From NCBI GenBank assembly GCA_034111025.1, contig JAWUYB010000027.1, forward strand, positions 1-58,100: 58,100 bases of DNA. The letters are read 5' to 3'. The notes under the pieces are model-generated. The model was not told the DNA's origin. It did not search any database and saw only the letters and a program-made list of their open reading frames with translations. Numbering within the stretch: position 1 is the first letter of the stretch; every line of letters starts with the position of its first letter. Below are positions 44,939 through 55,765 of this stretch, piece by piece. The stretch comes from Candidatus Altimarinota bacterium. Lineage in GTDB: Bacteria > Patescibacteriota > Gracilibacteria > BD1-5 > UBA6164. The position numbers and the translations under genes are program-made.

Positions 44939-47048
44939 ATTCCCCGGCTTCTTTCATACTCAATTGAATTTTCCCAGTTTTTTCATCTATACTCATAAGT
45001 TTCACTCTAACCTTTTGCCCAACTTCAACTACTTCTTTTGGATCAGATATATATCTGTTTACCAGTTGAGAAATATGAACCAGTCCGTCGTTTTTGAGAC
45101 CGATGTCAACGAATGCTCCGAAGGCTACTACGTTTCTAACTACTCCGTCGAAAGTTTCTCCTTGTTTGATTGTTTTGATATCTAGTTTTTGACCAGCTTT
45201 TTGATGAGAAGAATTCACTCTTGGATCGTGACCGATATTTGCGTGAGATTCTAAGATAAACTCAACCGTTCCAGCTGTAGCATCAGTATAAAGTTCTTGA
45301 AGTTTCGCTTTATTTGATGCAAAACTAGCAACTGTAATGTTATTTTCGATAACATATTTAGCTAATTCATATTGATCAGGATGGATATCTGTATTATCAA
45401 GTGGTTCAGGACTTTCTGGTACTCTCAAAAATCCAATGGCAAGTTCAAATACTTTGTCTGAAAGTTGTTTTTTAAGATGTGCTCTTGATTTATAAGGTCT
45501 ATGGTTGTAGATCTTTTTCGCTGATCTTTTATCGATACCTGAAATATGGTTTAATACATATGATGATGCATTATTTACATTAATCCCGATTTGATTGACT
45601 ACATCTTCTACTACGTACCCAAGTTTTTCTTCAAGTTTTTTTATTGGCATATCATGTTGATACATCCCTACTCCGATACTCTCAACTGGTACTTTTACTA
45701 GTTCTGATAATGGATCGATAAATCTTCTCCCGATCGAAACTGTTCCTCTATCAAGTGAATCTAGGTCTGGAAATTCTTCTTTTGCGATTTTACTTGCTGA
45801 ATATACAGAAGCTCCAGATTCGTTTACGATAAATATTTCTCCATCGAATATTTCTTGAGTTAAATCAACTGATTCATTACAACCTGTACCATTCCCTACA
45901 ATAACTACTTCTATTTTATATTTAGTAATCCAAGATTTTAAGAAAGCTCTTGCTTTATCTTTTGAAAAAAGGAATATTTTATTAAATTCGAGAGGTTCAC
46001 CTAAACTATCTAATACTGCGATTTTACAACCTGATGCAAATCCAGGATCGATTGCTAGAATATTTTTCCCGTATTCAGGTTTCGTCATAAGAAGTTTTTC
46101 TAGATTTGTTTGAAATGAAGCAATAGCATCATCTTCTCATAGTTCACTTAATAATCCTCTTACTTCTGTTTCTACTGATTTGAATAGAGTTGTATACCCT
46201 TCTTTGAAAGCTTCTTCTAAGAGTTCAGTAAATTGACTTCTTAATTCAATAATTCTTGAGTAATGCATTCTCACCCCTTCGTATGTTTTATCAGTTTTTT
46301 CAATTTTAGCTGAAATGATTCATAAGTTTTCACCTCTATTTAATGCAAGAATTTGATATGGTTTTATTTTGAAAAGAGGACAAGAAAAATCAGCATAAAT
46401 ATCAAATTTAGGGATTTGCTTTGTATCTTTTTCATTCAATTTCTCAAGAGCTTTTGCTGTTTTGATTTTTGATGAAATAGTTCCATATTGTTTCAGTGTT
46501 TCTACTAAATCTTCTCTCATTGCTGAGTGTGATGAAACTTCTGCAGCAACTATAAAATGTGAACCTTCTAAGATGACTTCTAGCGTATTTTCTTCTGATA
46601 ATAATACTTGAAATTCTTCTGATTTTTCTATAGTTCCAGCTGTTATATTTTGTTTTATCATATCAGCAACCACTTGAAAACCTTTTTCAATAGCGATCAT
46701 TGCTTTTGTTTTCTTTTTTGATTTATATGGTTTATAGATTTCTTCTACTTGTTTCAAAGTTGAAGCTGCTAGTATATTAGCCATAATCTCATCAGTCATT
46801 TTATCTAATTCTGTAATCCCATTGATGGCAGTTTGCTTTGCAGAGAATAGATTTTCTTGTTTCTTTTGAGTATCTATGATAGCACGAATTTGATCTTCAT
46901 CGAGATTCCCTGTGATTTCTTTTTTATAACGAGCAATAAAAGGGACAGTAGCTCCCTCAGCAATTAAGTCTAGAACGACTTTTACTTGCCCAACAGCAAA
47001 GTTTAATTCTCAAGCAACACTTTCATTATAAATTGGTTCAACTAACAT
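44937..47048 (-). CDS. tex: Tex-like transcription accessory protein (YqgF + HhH + S1 domains), 703 aa
   Basis: Joins track ORFs 46320-46799 and 44937-46088. Sequence landmarks: GATVPFIARYKKEITG, LAIDPGFASGCKIAVLD, VIVGNGTGCNES, and the C-terminal S1 domain GETFDGVVRNVVAFGAFVDIGLKNDGLVHISQL. Only 3 TGA occur in 703 codons. Confidence 0.9.
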
Positions 47049-47081
47049 GCTTTTTCAAAATATTAAAAAATAGATATTTGT

Positions 47082-47112
47082 CTCATTTTGAGAAAATATC
47101 TATTTTTTGCAA
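47082..47112. repeat. 31-nt intergenic repeat, copy 1 (hairpin/terminator-promoter element)
   Basis: ctcattttgagaaaatatctattttttgcaa is identical to 47913-47943. It lies between the methyltransferase stop and the tex start. Confidence 0.8.
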
Positions 47113-47126
47113 GTAAATATATGAAA

Positions 47127-47885
47127 TTACTTTTTTGTAGCTATAGCTTGATTAATAAAATCAAATCCTAGGATATGTCATAAAAATACTTTATATCATT
47201 GTGAATAGTCTTCATTGACTTCAAATCAACTTGATGACAGCATAGTTTTTGTATCTGTAAAAAATCAATTATGATATATTCATTTTTTGACACTATTTAC
47301 GTAGCCAGATTGTAAAATAGCAAACACTTTACGTTGAATTTTCGAAATTAAATTACTTCATTCAGGAACATATGTATCTAAAATATAAATATTTCCTCAT
47401 GGTTTTAAAACACGATAAGCCTCCTCTATCATTTCTTTTTTAATTTCATCTGTATGATGATGTTGCATTTGAATATCAAAAATAAAATCAATACTGTTAT
47501 TTTCAAATGGTAAATCCTGAGCAAATCATTCAATAAATTTAATTCTATCATCTCATTGAAATTTTTCTTCAGCAATTCAACGCATTCATGCAGAAGGTTC
47601 GATTCAATAAAAATCAAATTTAGTACCCAATAAACTTTCTACAGTTTTTTTCATTTTATGTCACTGTCAACTTCATCTCTCTAAGAGAGTTCCATAAATA
47701 ATAGATGATTGATTAATTGATGTTTCTTCTAAATATTTTTGAATTGTTGGAATAATAATATATTGATAATACTCTGCACGTATCCATAGTACAAAATTAT
47801 TCCACGAGCTTTTCGAACGTTCATCATAAACTTCTTTTAATAATTCTGTTTTCAGAACAGGAGTATTATTGGTTTTTTTTAACAT
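47127..47885 (-). CDS. Class I SAM-dependent methyltransferase, 252 aa
   Basis: Track ORF 47673-47885 continues as ..LLERGSGQGHK.., where all three Gly of the ExGxGxG motif are TGA (plus strand 47661-47680). Later motifs are ..FIFDIQMQHH.. and ..LKPGGNIYILD... Confidence 0.8.
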
Positions 47886-47912
47886 AAAATATTGAAAAGT
47901 AAATATATTACT

Positions 47913-47943
47913 CTCATTTTGAGAAAATATCTATTTTTTGCAA
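47913..47943. repeat. 31-nt intergenic repeat, copy 2
   Basis: Identical to 47082-47112. It lies between the DUF389 gene stop and the methyltransferase start. Confidence 0.8.
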
Positions 47944-47957
47944 ATAATTCTGGAATA

Positions 47958-49100
47958 TTATAATCGAAATACTCTTGTGATTTCAAATTGTACTTTAAAA
48001 TTATCTCAGAATTGTTCTCACATTTGTGATTCTATCACTGATAATATTTGTACTATATCTGCTCATTCTTGTGCCTTAATTTGAACATATACTTGTAACG
48101 ACTTTCATACTTTCTTAGTAGTTATATTATTTACTTCAAAATTATCTTGTACAAAGTTATTTTGCTCTAAAAATTCTTCTACTTGATGTGAAACGATATA
48201 GTTATTCTTTAAACTATAAAAAGACATAAGTAATGGTGCAAGAATTAATAATATTAACACACTAATAATACCTATTCTTCTTATAACTGCACTAAATCAT
48301 TTTGAATCGTGTGGAGAAAAACCATAAAACCAAAAGAATATTGTAGCAACTAATACGATAGCAAAGAGATTAGCTAAAAATAACATCAAAGCTGATCATG
48401 CTGCATAGAAATTTCAAAAGGCTAGATATATTCATACAACAGCTAACGGTGGCATTAAAGAAGCTGCCATAGCAACTCAAGCAATACTTTCACTTAATCG
48501 TGAAAAACGTAGACTCAGGACAGCTACCATAGCTGAAAATATTGCAATGAAGAAATCTAAAACATTTGGATTACTTCTTGCTATTATTTCTGTTGTTTCT
48601 ATATCAAAACCAAAAAGTTTAGTGACTAAAAATCAAAGTAATATTGCAAAAACAATAGAACCTATAAGGGACTTTAAAGCTGTCTCAAGTCATTTTTTCA
48701 CACCTTTTGCTATAGAAAAACTCAGAGCATTAATAGGACGTAATAAAGGTGCAATCAACATGGCTCCAATTACAACTGCAACTGAGTTTTGCAATAATCA
48801 CAGAGTCGCAATAACACTTGATAAAAATATTTCAATCCAATAAAGTCTATCTAATTTTACTTGTGCTTTTATTTGAGTAGCTACCGTTTCTTTTTCCTCA
48901 TTTTCTAATTCTAAAAAATCAATTCTATCAAAAAAGTGACTGATTTTATCTTCCATTGAGCTTTTCGCTTTATCTGAAATTGGATCAGTTGTATCTGTTT
49001 GTTTAAGAATTTCTTTTACCTCTTGCTTAATCTCTTTTTTTTCTATTTTAGAAAGCTCAATAAATTCTTCTTCGGAAGATGATTTTTTATTTTCTCACAT
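47958..49100 (-). CDS. DUF389-family integral membrane protein, 380 aa
   Basis: ..VVIGAMLIAPLLRPINALSFSIAKG.. and ..AASLMPPLAVVGIYLAFG.. are typical of DUF389/TIGR00341. The N-terminus is acidic. Track ORF 48547-48843(+) is antisense and spurious. Confidence 0.65.
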
Positions 49101-49209
49101 CAAATTATTATAATTTTATACTATATATATAATAATACTATACATTTTATTTTATTACAATTAATGGTTAAAAAATAAAAATCAAATAAAAGACATCAAT
49201 TGAGGTCTT

Positions 49210-49887
49210 TTATTTGATTAAATCTTGTTTTATTTCTTCTATTTCTATTGCTGGTGTTATTCTTAGAGGATCCCCTAAAAATTTTGGTCTAGATTTAAAT
49301 ATTTCGATATCTAAAAATGCTTTTACACGAGCAAGTACTTCTCTCTTTTTATTATATGAATCTGCTATATATACTTGTAAATTTGTTTCCATACCATATG
49401 CTTGTATTCATAATCTTTCAGAAATATACATAGCTCTTTTAAGATGAAAATCTTGAGTAAATAATGTAATATGTTTTACAAAAAATAAATCTCTTGCTCT
49501 ATATAAAGTATCATATGTATCAAATCATGCATAATCTGGATGAATATGACTCGTTGATACTCCTAAACTAATAAGGTATTTTTTCATTGTATCAGGTTCG
49601 TTATAGTTTTTATTACTATTATCTCCTGAGACTATAATTTGTTTAATTTTTCAAGCATTATAAGCTTTTGCTGCAACTTTTAATCTATCTTTGAGTATAT
49701 CTGAAGGTGTTGAATTATTAATCACTGACGCTCAAAAAACTAAACCTACTTCATTATTTGGTAAGTCGCTAATTTTTGTAAAATAGTTTTGATTTGAAAA
49801 TCAAAGAACATAAATATTAATAATATATATTACTAATATACCTATGCTTATAAAGCCTATTCATCAGAAAATATACTTTTTCATCAT
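49210..49887 (-). CDS. SanA/YdcF (DUF218) family protein, 225 aa
   Basis: N-terminal TM, then ..VGLVFGASVINNSTPSDILKDRLKVAAKAYNAGKIKQIIVSGDN..EPDTMKKYLISLGV..DYAGFDTYDT. Track ORF 49210-49392 is its C-terminus. Confidence 0.75.
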
Positions 49888-49893
49888 TATCTT

Positions 49894-50019
49894 TTATCAA
49901 TATAAACGAATTAATAATTCATAATACACAGGCATTAACATAACAAAACATATTGAAATCAAAAAATAAATTCTTGATTTTGTAAATAATTTTTGAGTTT
50001 TTTCTTTTTTTTCTTCCAT
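49894..50019 (-). CDS. Possible small membrane protein, 41 aa
   Basis: MEEKKEKTQKLFTKSRIYFLISICFVMLMPVYYELLIRLYG. The ORF is short and unsupported by homology. Confidence 0.25.
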
Positions 50020-50027
50020 AAAATATT

Positions 50028-50927
50028 TTATTTTATAAATTCATTATAACGTCTAAACCATGTATATTGTCTTTTGGCATAATTTCTATTATGCTGTTGA
50101 ACCAATCATATACATTCCTCTAGTGAAATTTCTCATTTTAAATAACTTACTATTTCGATATATCCAATTGTTTTTAAACCTGGGGTTTCATCAGAATATA
50201 TTTTTCTTAGGTTTTTAACTTCTTCTATAAGTCATTCATCGAACATCATTCAAACACGAGTATTTATATTCGTGTATAAGCATTCTCTGTCTTTAATTTC
50301 TGGTGTAAGAAACAGTATATCATATTTTAGTTCTTTTTTTGTTCTAAAATCTTGTTTAGACTGTCCTGTTATAATTTTTACTTCCAATGCTCTAATAACA
50401 TATTGAACATTATTTGGATGTAACTCTTTCGCATATTCAGGATCTAAAGCAACAAGTTTATCGTAAACATATTGATTTCCATATTCTTTCGCTTCGTTTT
50501 CTAAAATTCCCCTTAGTACTGAATTTGCGATAACTTTTGGGATATTGAAATTAAATATTAAACTATCAATATATAATCAAGTTCATCCACATAGAATGGG
50601 TATTTTCCTTTTACTATAAATAAAAGAAATAATTTCTTCTGTATTATTCTTAAATTCTCCTACCGAATATACTTCATCTGGATTAATTAAGTCTAACATA
50701 TGATGAGCTACTCCTTGCATTTTATCATATGTAATTTTTCCAGTTCAAATATTCATCTGCTTATATATTTGACGACTGTCCGTTGATATAATTTCCGATT
50801 CTAATAATTTAGCTACTTTTATACTTAAAGAGGTTTTTCAAGATCAAGTTGGTCAGTAAATTACAATAATTTTCTTTTTATCACTTGTCTCCTTTAAAAA
50901 ATTATTTATCTTTTTTTCTAAATCCAT
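50028..50927 (-). CDS. miaA: tRNA dimethylallyltransferase MiaA, 299 aa
   Basis: The P-loop IVIYGPTGSGKTSLS is encoded ..tac-TGA-cca-act-TGA-tct-TGA-aaa-acc (plus strand ~50832-50858). Other motifs: ISTDSRQIYKQMNIGTGK, PILCGGTGLYIDSL, QHNRNYAKRQYTWFR. Confidence 0.9.
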
Positions 50928-51033
50928 AAGTCTTTATAACTTTTTTAAAATATTTTATTATTAAATTTTAATCTTAAATAAGCGATTTGCAAATACTTTT
51001 TTATTATTATTTGTTTTTTTTGCTAAAAAAGTT

Positions 51034-51061
51034 TTGACATTAAATCAATTTTTCATATTAT
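51034..51061 (+). promoter_or_regulatory. Sigma70-type promoter for the tRNA cluster
   Basis: TTGACA (51034-39), a 16 nt spacer, then TATTAT (51056-61). It lies about 35 nt upstream of tRNA-Thr. Confidence 0.55.
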
Positions 51062-51096
51062 CTGTCTCGCATAAATGACATGCAAAAAAAACATAT

Positions 51097-51172
51097 TGCC
51101 AATTTAGCTCAGCTGGTAGAGCATTCGCCTTGTAAGCGAACGGTCATCGGTTCAAATCCGATAATTGGCTCC
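51097..51172 (+). tRNA. tRNA-Thr (anticodon TGT), CCA encoded
   Basis: Full cloverleaf folded by hand: acceptor gccaatt/aattggc, D arm gctc..gagc, anticodon arm ttcgc-CTTGTAA-gcgaa, T arm atcgg-ttcaaat-ccgat. Confidence 0.9.
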
Positions 51173-51236
51173 ATTAAATTATAAAACAAATTACGATTTA
51201 GAATTGTTAAAACTATAATTCGTGATTTTTGTTTCT

Positions 51237-51321
51237 GGGCAGATTCCAGAGTGGCCAAATGGGGTGGACTGTAAATCCGCTAGCTTCGCTTTCGTGGGTT
51301 CGAATCCCTCTCTGCCCACCA
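51237..51321 (+). tRNA. tRNA-Tyr (anticodon GTA), class II long variable arm, CCA encoded
   Basis: The sequence aligns closely with the bacterial tRNA-Tyr architecture: ..agtggccaaat.., anticodon loop ctGTAaa, a long variable arm, and T loop ggttcgaatcc. Confidence 0.9.
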
Positions 51322-51381
51322 TATATAAACCTAAAATATTGCGAACTTAATAAATCAAGCTCGTAGTTTTTTAAATAAAAT

Positions 51382-51466
51382 GCCCAGATGGTGAAATTGG
51401 TAGACACGTCGGTCTTAGAAGCCGATGTCTTCGGACGTGAGAGTTCAAGTCTCTCTCTGGGCACCA
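51382..51466 (+). tRNA. tRNA-Leu (anticodon TAG), class II, CCA encoded
   Basis: gcccaga..ggtagacac.., anticodon arm tcggt-CTTAGAA-gccga, a long variable arm, and T arm gagag-ttcaagt-ctctc. Confidence 0.9.
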
Positions 51467-51530
51467 TTTACCAAATATTTAAATATATTTTTGCCTTCGT
51501 ATTAAGCGAGCAAATTAAACAAAAATAATT

Positions 51531-51788
51531 ATGAAACAAGCTATACATCCAGAATCAAGAGAAGTTGTTTTCGTAGACAGAGCTGCTGAATACGTATTAA
51601 AAACAATCTCTACTGTTGCTACTAAAGATACTCACGAACATGAAGGTGTTGAATACCCTTGTGTATATATCGAATTATCTTCAGCTTCTCACCCATATTA
51701 TACTGGTGAACAAAGAATTCTTAAAACTGGTGCAGTTGATAAATTCTACGCTAGACAAAAGAAAATGGAAGAACTAAAAAACAAATAG
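51531..51788 (+). CDS. rpmE: 50S ribosomal protein L31, type B (no CxxC zinc motif), 85 aa
   Basis: The ORF is intact in the track. MKQAIHPESREVVFVD...YIELSSASHPYYTGEQR is the L31 signature. Confidence 0.9.
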   Translation: MKQAIHPESREVVFVDRAAEYVLKTISTVATKDTHEHEGVEYPCVYIELSSASHPYYTGEQRILKTGAVDKFYARQKKMEELKNK

Positions 51789-51798
51789 TCTTCAAACA

Positions 51799-51832
51799 AA
51801 AAAAGATTCAACGAAAGTTGAGTCTTTTTTTA
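51799..51832 (+). terminator. Rho-independent terminator after rpmE
   Basis: Stem agattcaac (51804-12), loop gaaa, stem gttgagtct (51817-25), followed by a T-run. Confidence 0.6.
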
Positions 51833-51893
51833 TGTGTATATCCCCTATATGAAAGTAATATTTGCCTTAATTAAATATTTTTAATAAAATTGT

Positions 51894-51922
51894 TTGACAT
51901 TTAATTATCTTCTATATAATAT
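51894..51922 (+). promoter_or_regulatory. Near-consensus sigma70 promoter for rplJL
   Basis: TTGACA (51894-99), a 17 nt spacer, then TAATAT (51917-22). Confidence 0.6.
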
Positions 51923-52114
51923 TTGTACTTTCTTAATCAAAGACCGTAGGCATATAAGCCCTACCGAGATATAAGAGGAAACGTTTAAACACAATTTGAA
52001 GAGATTAATCTTTTCATACAAATTAAATTTAAAACGAAACCCTTTTATCTCATACCGAGATAAAAGGGTTTTTTTCAAACAAGAAAGGTTACTTATATAT
52101 ATAACTATTAAAAC
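51923..52114 (+). promoter_or_regulatory. Ribosomal protein L10 leader with intrinsic terminator/antiterminator (attenuator)
   Basis: A perfect 14-bp stem aacccttttatctc/gagataaaagggtt (52038-52070) plus a T-run lies just upstream of rplJ. An upstream copy, taccgagata (51962-71), of the 3' arm segment (52053-62) could pair with the 5' arm as an antiterminator. Confidence 0.55.
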
Positions 52115-52696
52115 ATGGCTGTTACTAAACAACAAAAATCTGATATATTAGCTGGATTAGTTGCTCAATTTAAAGAAGCTAAATCAATCGGTTTTTCAAA
52201 AACTACTACAGTTACTGTAGCAGAATTTGCTGAATTAAGAACTTCACTAAGAGAAGTTGGAGCTACTTATACTCTTGCTAAAAAAACACTTATCAAAATT
52301 GCTATTAAAGAAGCATTAAATATTGATATTGATTTAGCTGCTTTAGAAGGTCAAATTGGAGTTGTATGTTCAAACGAAGATGCAGTTTCTGGACTTGGAA
52401 AAGTTAATGACTTAGTTAAAAAAAGTGCTGAAAAAATTGAATGGGCTGCTTGTATATTCGAAGGTGAATACAAAGGTCTTGAAGAAACTAAAGTACTTGC
52501 TGGATTACCATCAAAAGATACATTACTATCAAGAATGGTTGGATCTATGATGTCTCCTCTTTCTGGAATGGCAAGATTACTTGACGCTGTTGCAAAAGAA
52601 ACTGAAGCTCAAGGAAAAGAAAAAGCTGGTGAACTTGAAGCAAAAAAAGAAGAAGCAGAAGTTGTTACTACAGAAGAAGAATCTGAAAAAGCATAA
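52115..52696 (+). CDS. rplJ: 50S ribosomal protein L10, 193 aa
   Basis: The ORF is intact in the track with no TGA. It lies upstream of rplL. The tail is acidic (C-terminal). Confidence 0.9.
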   Translation: MAVTKQQKSDILAGLVAQFKEAKSIGFSKTTTVTVAEFAELRTSLREVGATYTLAKKTLIKIAIKEALNIDIDLAALEGQIGVVCSNEDAVSGLGKVNDLVKKSAEKIEWAACIFEGEYKGLEETKVLAGLPSKDTLLSRMVGSMMSPLSGMARLLDAVAKETEAQGKEKAGELEAKKEEAEVVTTEEESEKA

Positions 52697-52861
52697 TTGA
52701 TACCTGGTTCAGGAGAACTTGATTTTATCAAGTTCTCTCAACTAGCTATTAAAGTTAGTCATGTGAATTTGATTCAGAATCTCAAATACGAGAACTGAAT
52801 CTGAGATTTTGAAATAAAATCTACATGAAAAATATATTTATTATTATAACTATTTGAAAAA

Positions 52862-53230
52862 ATGGCTGAATTATCAAAAGGTGCTGCTCAAATTATGGAC
52901 TTAGTTAAAGAATTAACTATTGTTGAATTAAACGACCTTGTTACTGCTATGGAAGAAGAATTTGGAGTTTCTGCTGCTGCTCCTGTAGTTGTTGCTGCTT
53001 CTGGTGCTGCTGAAGAAGGACCTTCATCTTTCGATGTTGTATTAATTTCTGCTGGTGCATCTAAAATTGGTGTAATCAAAGTAATTAGAGAAATTTCTGG
53101 TCTTGGATTAAAAGAAGCTAACGCTATAGCTGATGCTGGTGGTAATGTTAAAGAAGGTGCTGATAAAGCTGAAGCTGAAGAAGTTAAAGCTAAATTAGAA
53201 GCTGCTGGAGCTGAAGTTGAATTAAAATAA
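52862..53230 (+). CDS. rplL: 50S ribosomal protein L7/L12, 122 aa
   Basis: The ORF is intact in the track: ..[52 protein letters not shown]. Confidence 0.95.
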   Translation: MAELSKGAAQIMDLVKELTIVELNDLVTAMEEEFGVSAAAPVVVAASGAAEEGPSSFDVVLISAGASKIGVIKVIREISGLGLKEANAIADAGGNVKEGADKAEAEEVKAKLEAAGAEVELK

Positions 53231-53271
53231 TTAGTTATTTTAATTCTGATTCACTCAGAATTTCACATAAA

Positions 53272-53307
53272 AAAAAGAGAAGAAATTTTATTTCTTCTCT
53301 TTTTTTA
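53272..53307. terminator. Strong hairpin terminator after rplL
   Basis: Stem agagaagaaat (53276-86), loop ttt, stem atttcttctct (53290-53300), with an A-run and a T-run. Confidence 0.65.
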
Positions 53308-53586
53308 TGCTATAATATTTCAATCTTCTTCCCTTTCTAATAATTCTATAACAGAATTTAATATTATTACTTTATTTCTTTCGAACTCTGCTACGTTTAA
53401 TATTCAATCATTTGAAAAATTCCCTTTATTAAGAATTAATTTGCACATATTACGTACAGTAGATAGGTGTTTTAATACATTTTTTGTTGAATAATTTTTT
53501 ACTTCATTCACTGTTTTTGTATACCAATATCATAAATTTTCAGGAATGTTAATTTCTGATAAATCTTTTCACTTTAATGTATTCAT
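53305..53586 (-). CDS. Hypothetical protein, 93 aa
   Basis: Frame runs from ATG 53586 to TAA 53305-53307 with TGA read-through: MNTLKGKDLSEINIPENLGYWYTKTVNEVK... I recognise no family. Confidence 0.4.
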
Positions 53587-53607
53587 ATCTATATATAAAA
53601 AGAGAAC

Positions 53608-53862
53608 TTATAATTCTCTTTTTCATGAAATAATTTCGAATTTTTGTGTTCTAGTTAACTTCTTTATTGCATACTCTTTTTTAGATGCATCTGATCTATC
53701 ATTACATTCTTGAGTAAATACCATTTTTACTGGTCTACGCATTTTTGTAAATTTTGCTCATTTCTCAGAAGAATTATGTTCTTCTTCCCTACGTTCTATA
53801 TTAGTTGTAATGCCAGTATAGAGAGTATTATCTGAACATTCTAGTATGTATACAAACCACAT
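53608..53862 (-). CDS. GIY-YIG nuclease superfamily protein (UPF0213/YhbQ-like), 84 aa
   Basis: MWFVYILECSDNTLYTGITTNIERREEEHN..GAKFTKMRRPVKMVF is the GIY-YIG core pattern. Confidence 0.75.
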
Positions 53863-55104
53863 CTATTTAAAATTAATTGTAAATTTAGTTCATTCTCACT
53901 TCACAGAATCTATATTTAAAGACCACTTATATATATTAGCAATTTTTGATACTAAGGCTAATCATATACCAAAACCTTCTGTATTACGAGATTGTTCTTC
54001 TTGAAAAAATCTATTAAAAATATTTACAATATTATTTTTATCAATTCATACTCAAAAATCTTGTATTATACACTTATTATCCATATAAGAAATATTGATT
54101 GATCATCAATTATTTGAAAATTTGATAGCATTTTTTATTATATTTGATAATAGAATATATAAATATTCTTTATCTGCCAATATACAAAAATCTTTAGATT
54201 GCTTATGTTTAATGTTAATTTTTTTCTCCGTTATTATAGATTTATATTCTTCTAATATATAATTAATTTCAGGTTTGATCTGATTTTTTATAAATTTTTG
54301 ATTGTCTTGTATATCAGTAATTGTCACTAAAGCTTCTATAAGATTATTTAATCTATTTATTTCGTTTAAGTTTTCATTTATCATTTCTTCTTTATACTCT
54401 CAAAACTGTTTCATTAATTGAAGATTTGAATTTATAACTGAAATTGGTGTTTTTAACTCATGTCATGCATTATGGACAAAATCGTTCATTTCTATAATAT
54501 TATCTTCAACTGGTTTAAGATTTCTTTTTACAAATATATAACCTATAAATAGAAATAATATAGAAAATAAAGCTATAGCAATAAAAAATCTAATTATATC
54601 TGATACATATGTTTCAAAATCATAATCAAGCTGTTTAAATAATAAGAGTTGATATGTTTCTATTGTTCTATGGATTGGAGAGTATTTTATAATAGTACCT
54701 CCTTCTACTTTAACATTAAGTTCTTGATTATTTATTATTTTATTTACAGCGTTTATATCAATTTCTCAACGTATATTTTCAATTAAAACATTATTATATG
54801 AGTCTAATATAGCAAAATTCATGATTTTTCATTTTCCAGGCATATCAATAGTACTATCATATTTTTTTGAATCTCATAACTGTCTTTGATTTTTAATTAA
54901 GGTAGTTAATTTATTAAGAGGTATATTTTTTTCTATAATAATTTTAGAAAGAAAATTTAATCTATTTGTTTCTTTTTGAATTCCTGAAAGATATTTATAT
55001 GAAAAAAAACTTACCTGCAATATTCAAGCAATCAAAAAAACTAATAATGTAAAAATTATTGTAAGTTTTAATTGTACTTTTTTTAATGCGAACTGTTTTT
55101 CCAT
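53863..55104 (-). CDS. Sensor histidine kinase (2 TM, HisKA + HATPase_c), 413 aa
   Basis: H-box FVHNAGHELKTPISVI. N-box ..LLSNIIKNAIKFS. G-boxes DFGVGI and GFGIGLALV. Track ORF 54106-54384 is an internal fragment. The start lies 1 nt after the response-regulator stop. Confidence 0.85.
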
Positions 55105-55105
55105 A

Positions 55106-55765
55106 TTATTGTATTATATATCAAAATCATTTTCTTGTTTCTATTAGTTCTTTCCCTAATTTTTTACGTAAGTATCAAATATAAACATCTACTGTTTTCC
55201 CCATATTAAATTCATCATATTCTCACCAAACTTTTTCATATATATTTTGACGAGATAGTACTTTTCATTTATTTTGGGAAAAATATAAAAATAATTCAAA
55301 CTCCAAATGTGATAATTTTATCTCTCATTTAGAACCTATAACTATTTTTTTTTCTAAATCAATTAGATAACAATTTATAGATATTTGTGTTGTGGATTTA
55401 TTTTTTAAATTTCTACGTGTAAGTGAATGAATACGTGCTAATAATTCATCATAATCAAATGGTTTTACCATATAATCATCAGCTCAAAGATCTAATCATA
55501 ATATCATATCAGCCTTACTACTACGTGATGTTAACATTAATATTGGTATATCTTTTCCCTTTTCACGTAATGATTTACATACTTCATTTCCTTCCATAGA
55601 TGGCAGATTTAAATCTAATAATATTAGATCAAAAAACTCTGTGCTTGCAGTGTATAATGCCTGCTTGCCATCAGATACTATTATAGATTCTATATCTTTT
55701 AGTCTAAGAAATTGTTGTAAATTTCTAGACAATATTTGATGATCTTCAACAATTAATACTCTCAT
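55106..55765 (-). CDS. OmpR/PhoB-family response regulator, 219 aa
   Basis: The receiver domain is MRVLIVEDHQ..LILLDLNLPSMEG..ILMLTS (track ORF 55496-55765). It continues through TGA into a winged-helix domain: ..LSHLEFELFLYFSQNKGKVLSRQNIYEKVWG..VDVYIGYLRKKL. Confidence 0.9.

Noticed and set aside
51213-51467. 84-aa minus-strand ORF in the track.
   Set aside because: It lies entirely across tRNA-Tyr and tRNA-Leu, so it is an artefact of the GC-rich tRNA sequence.
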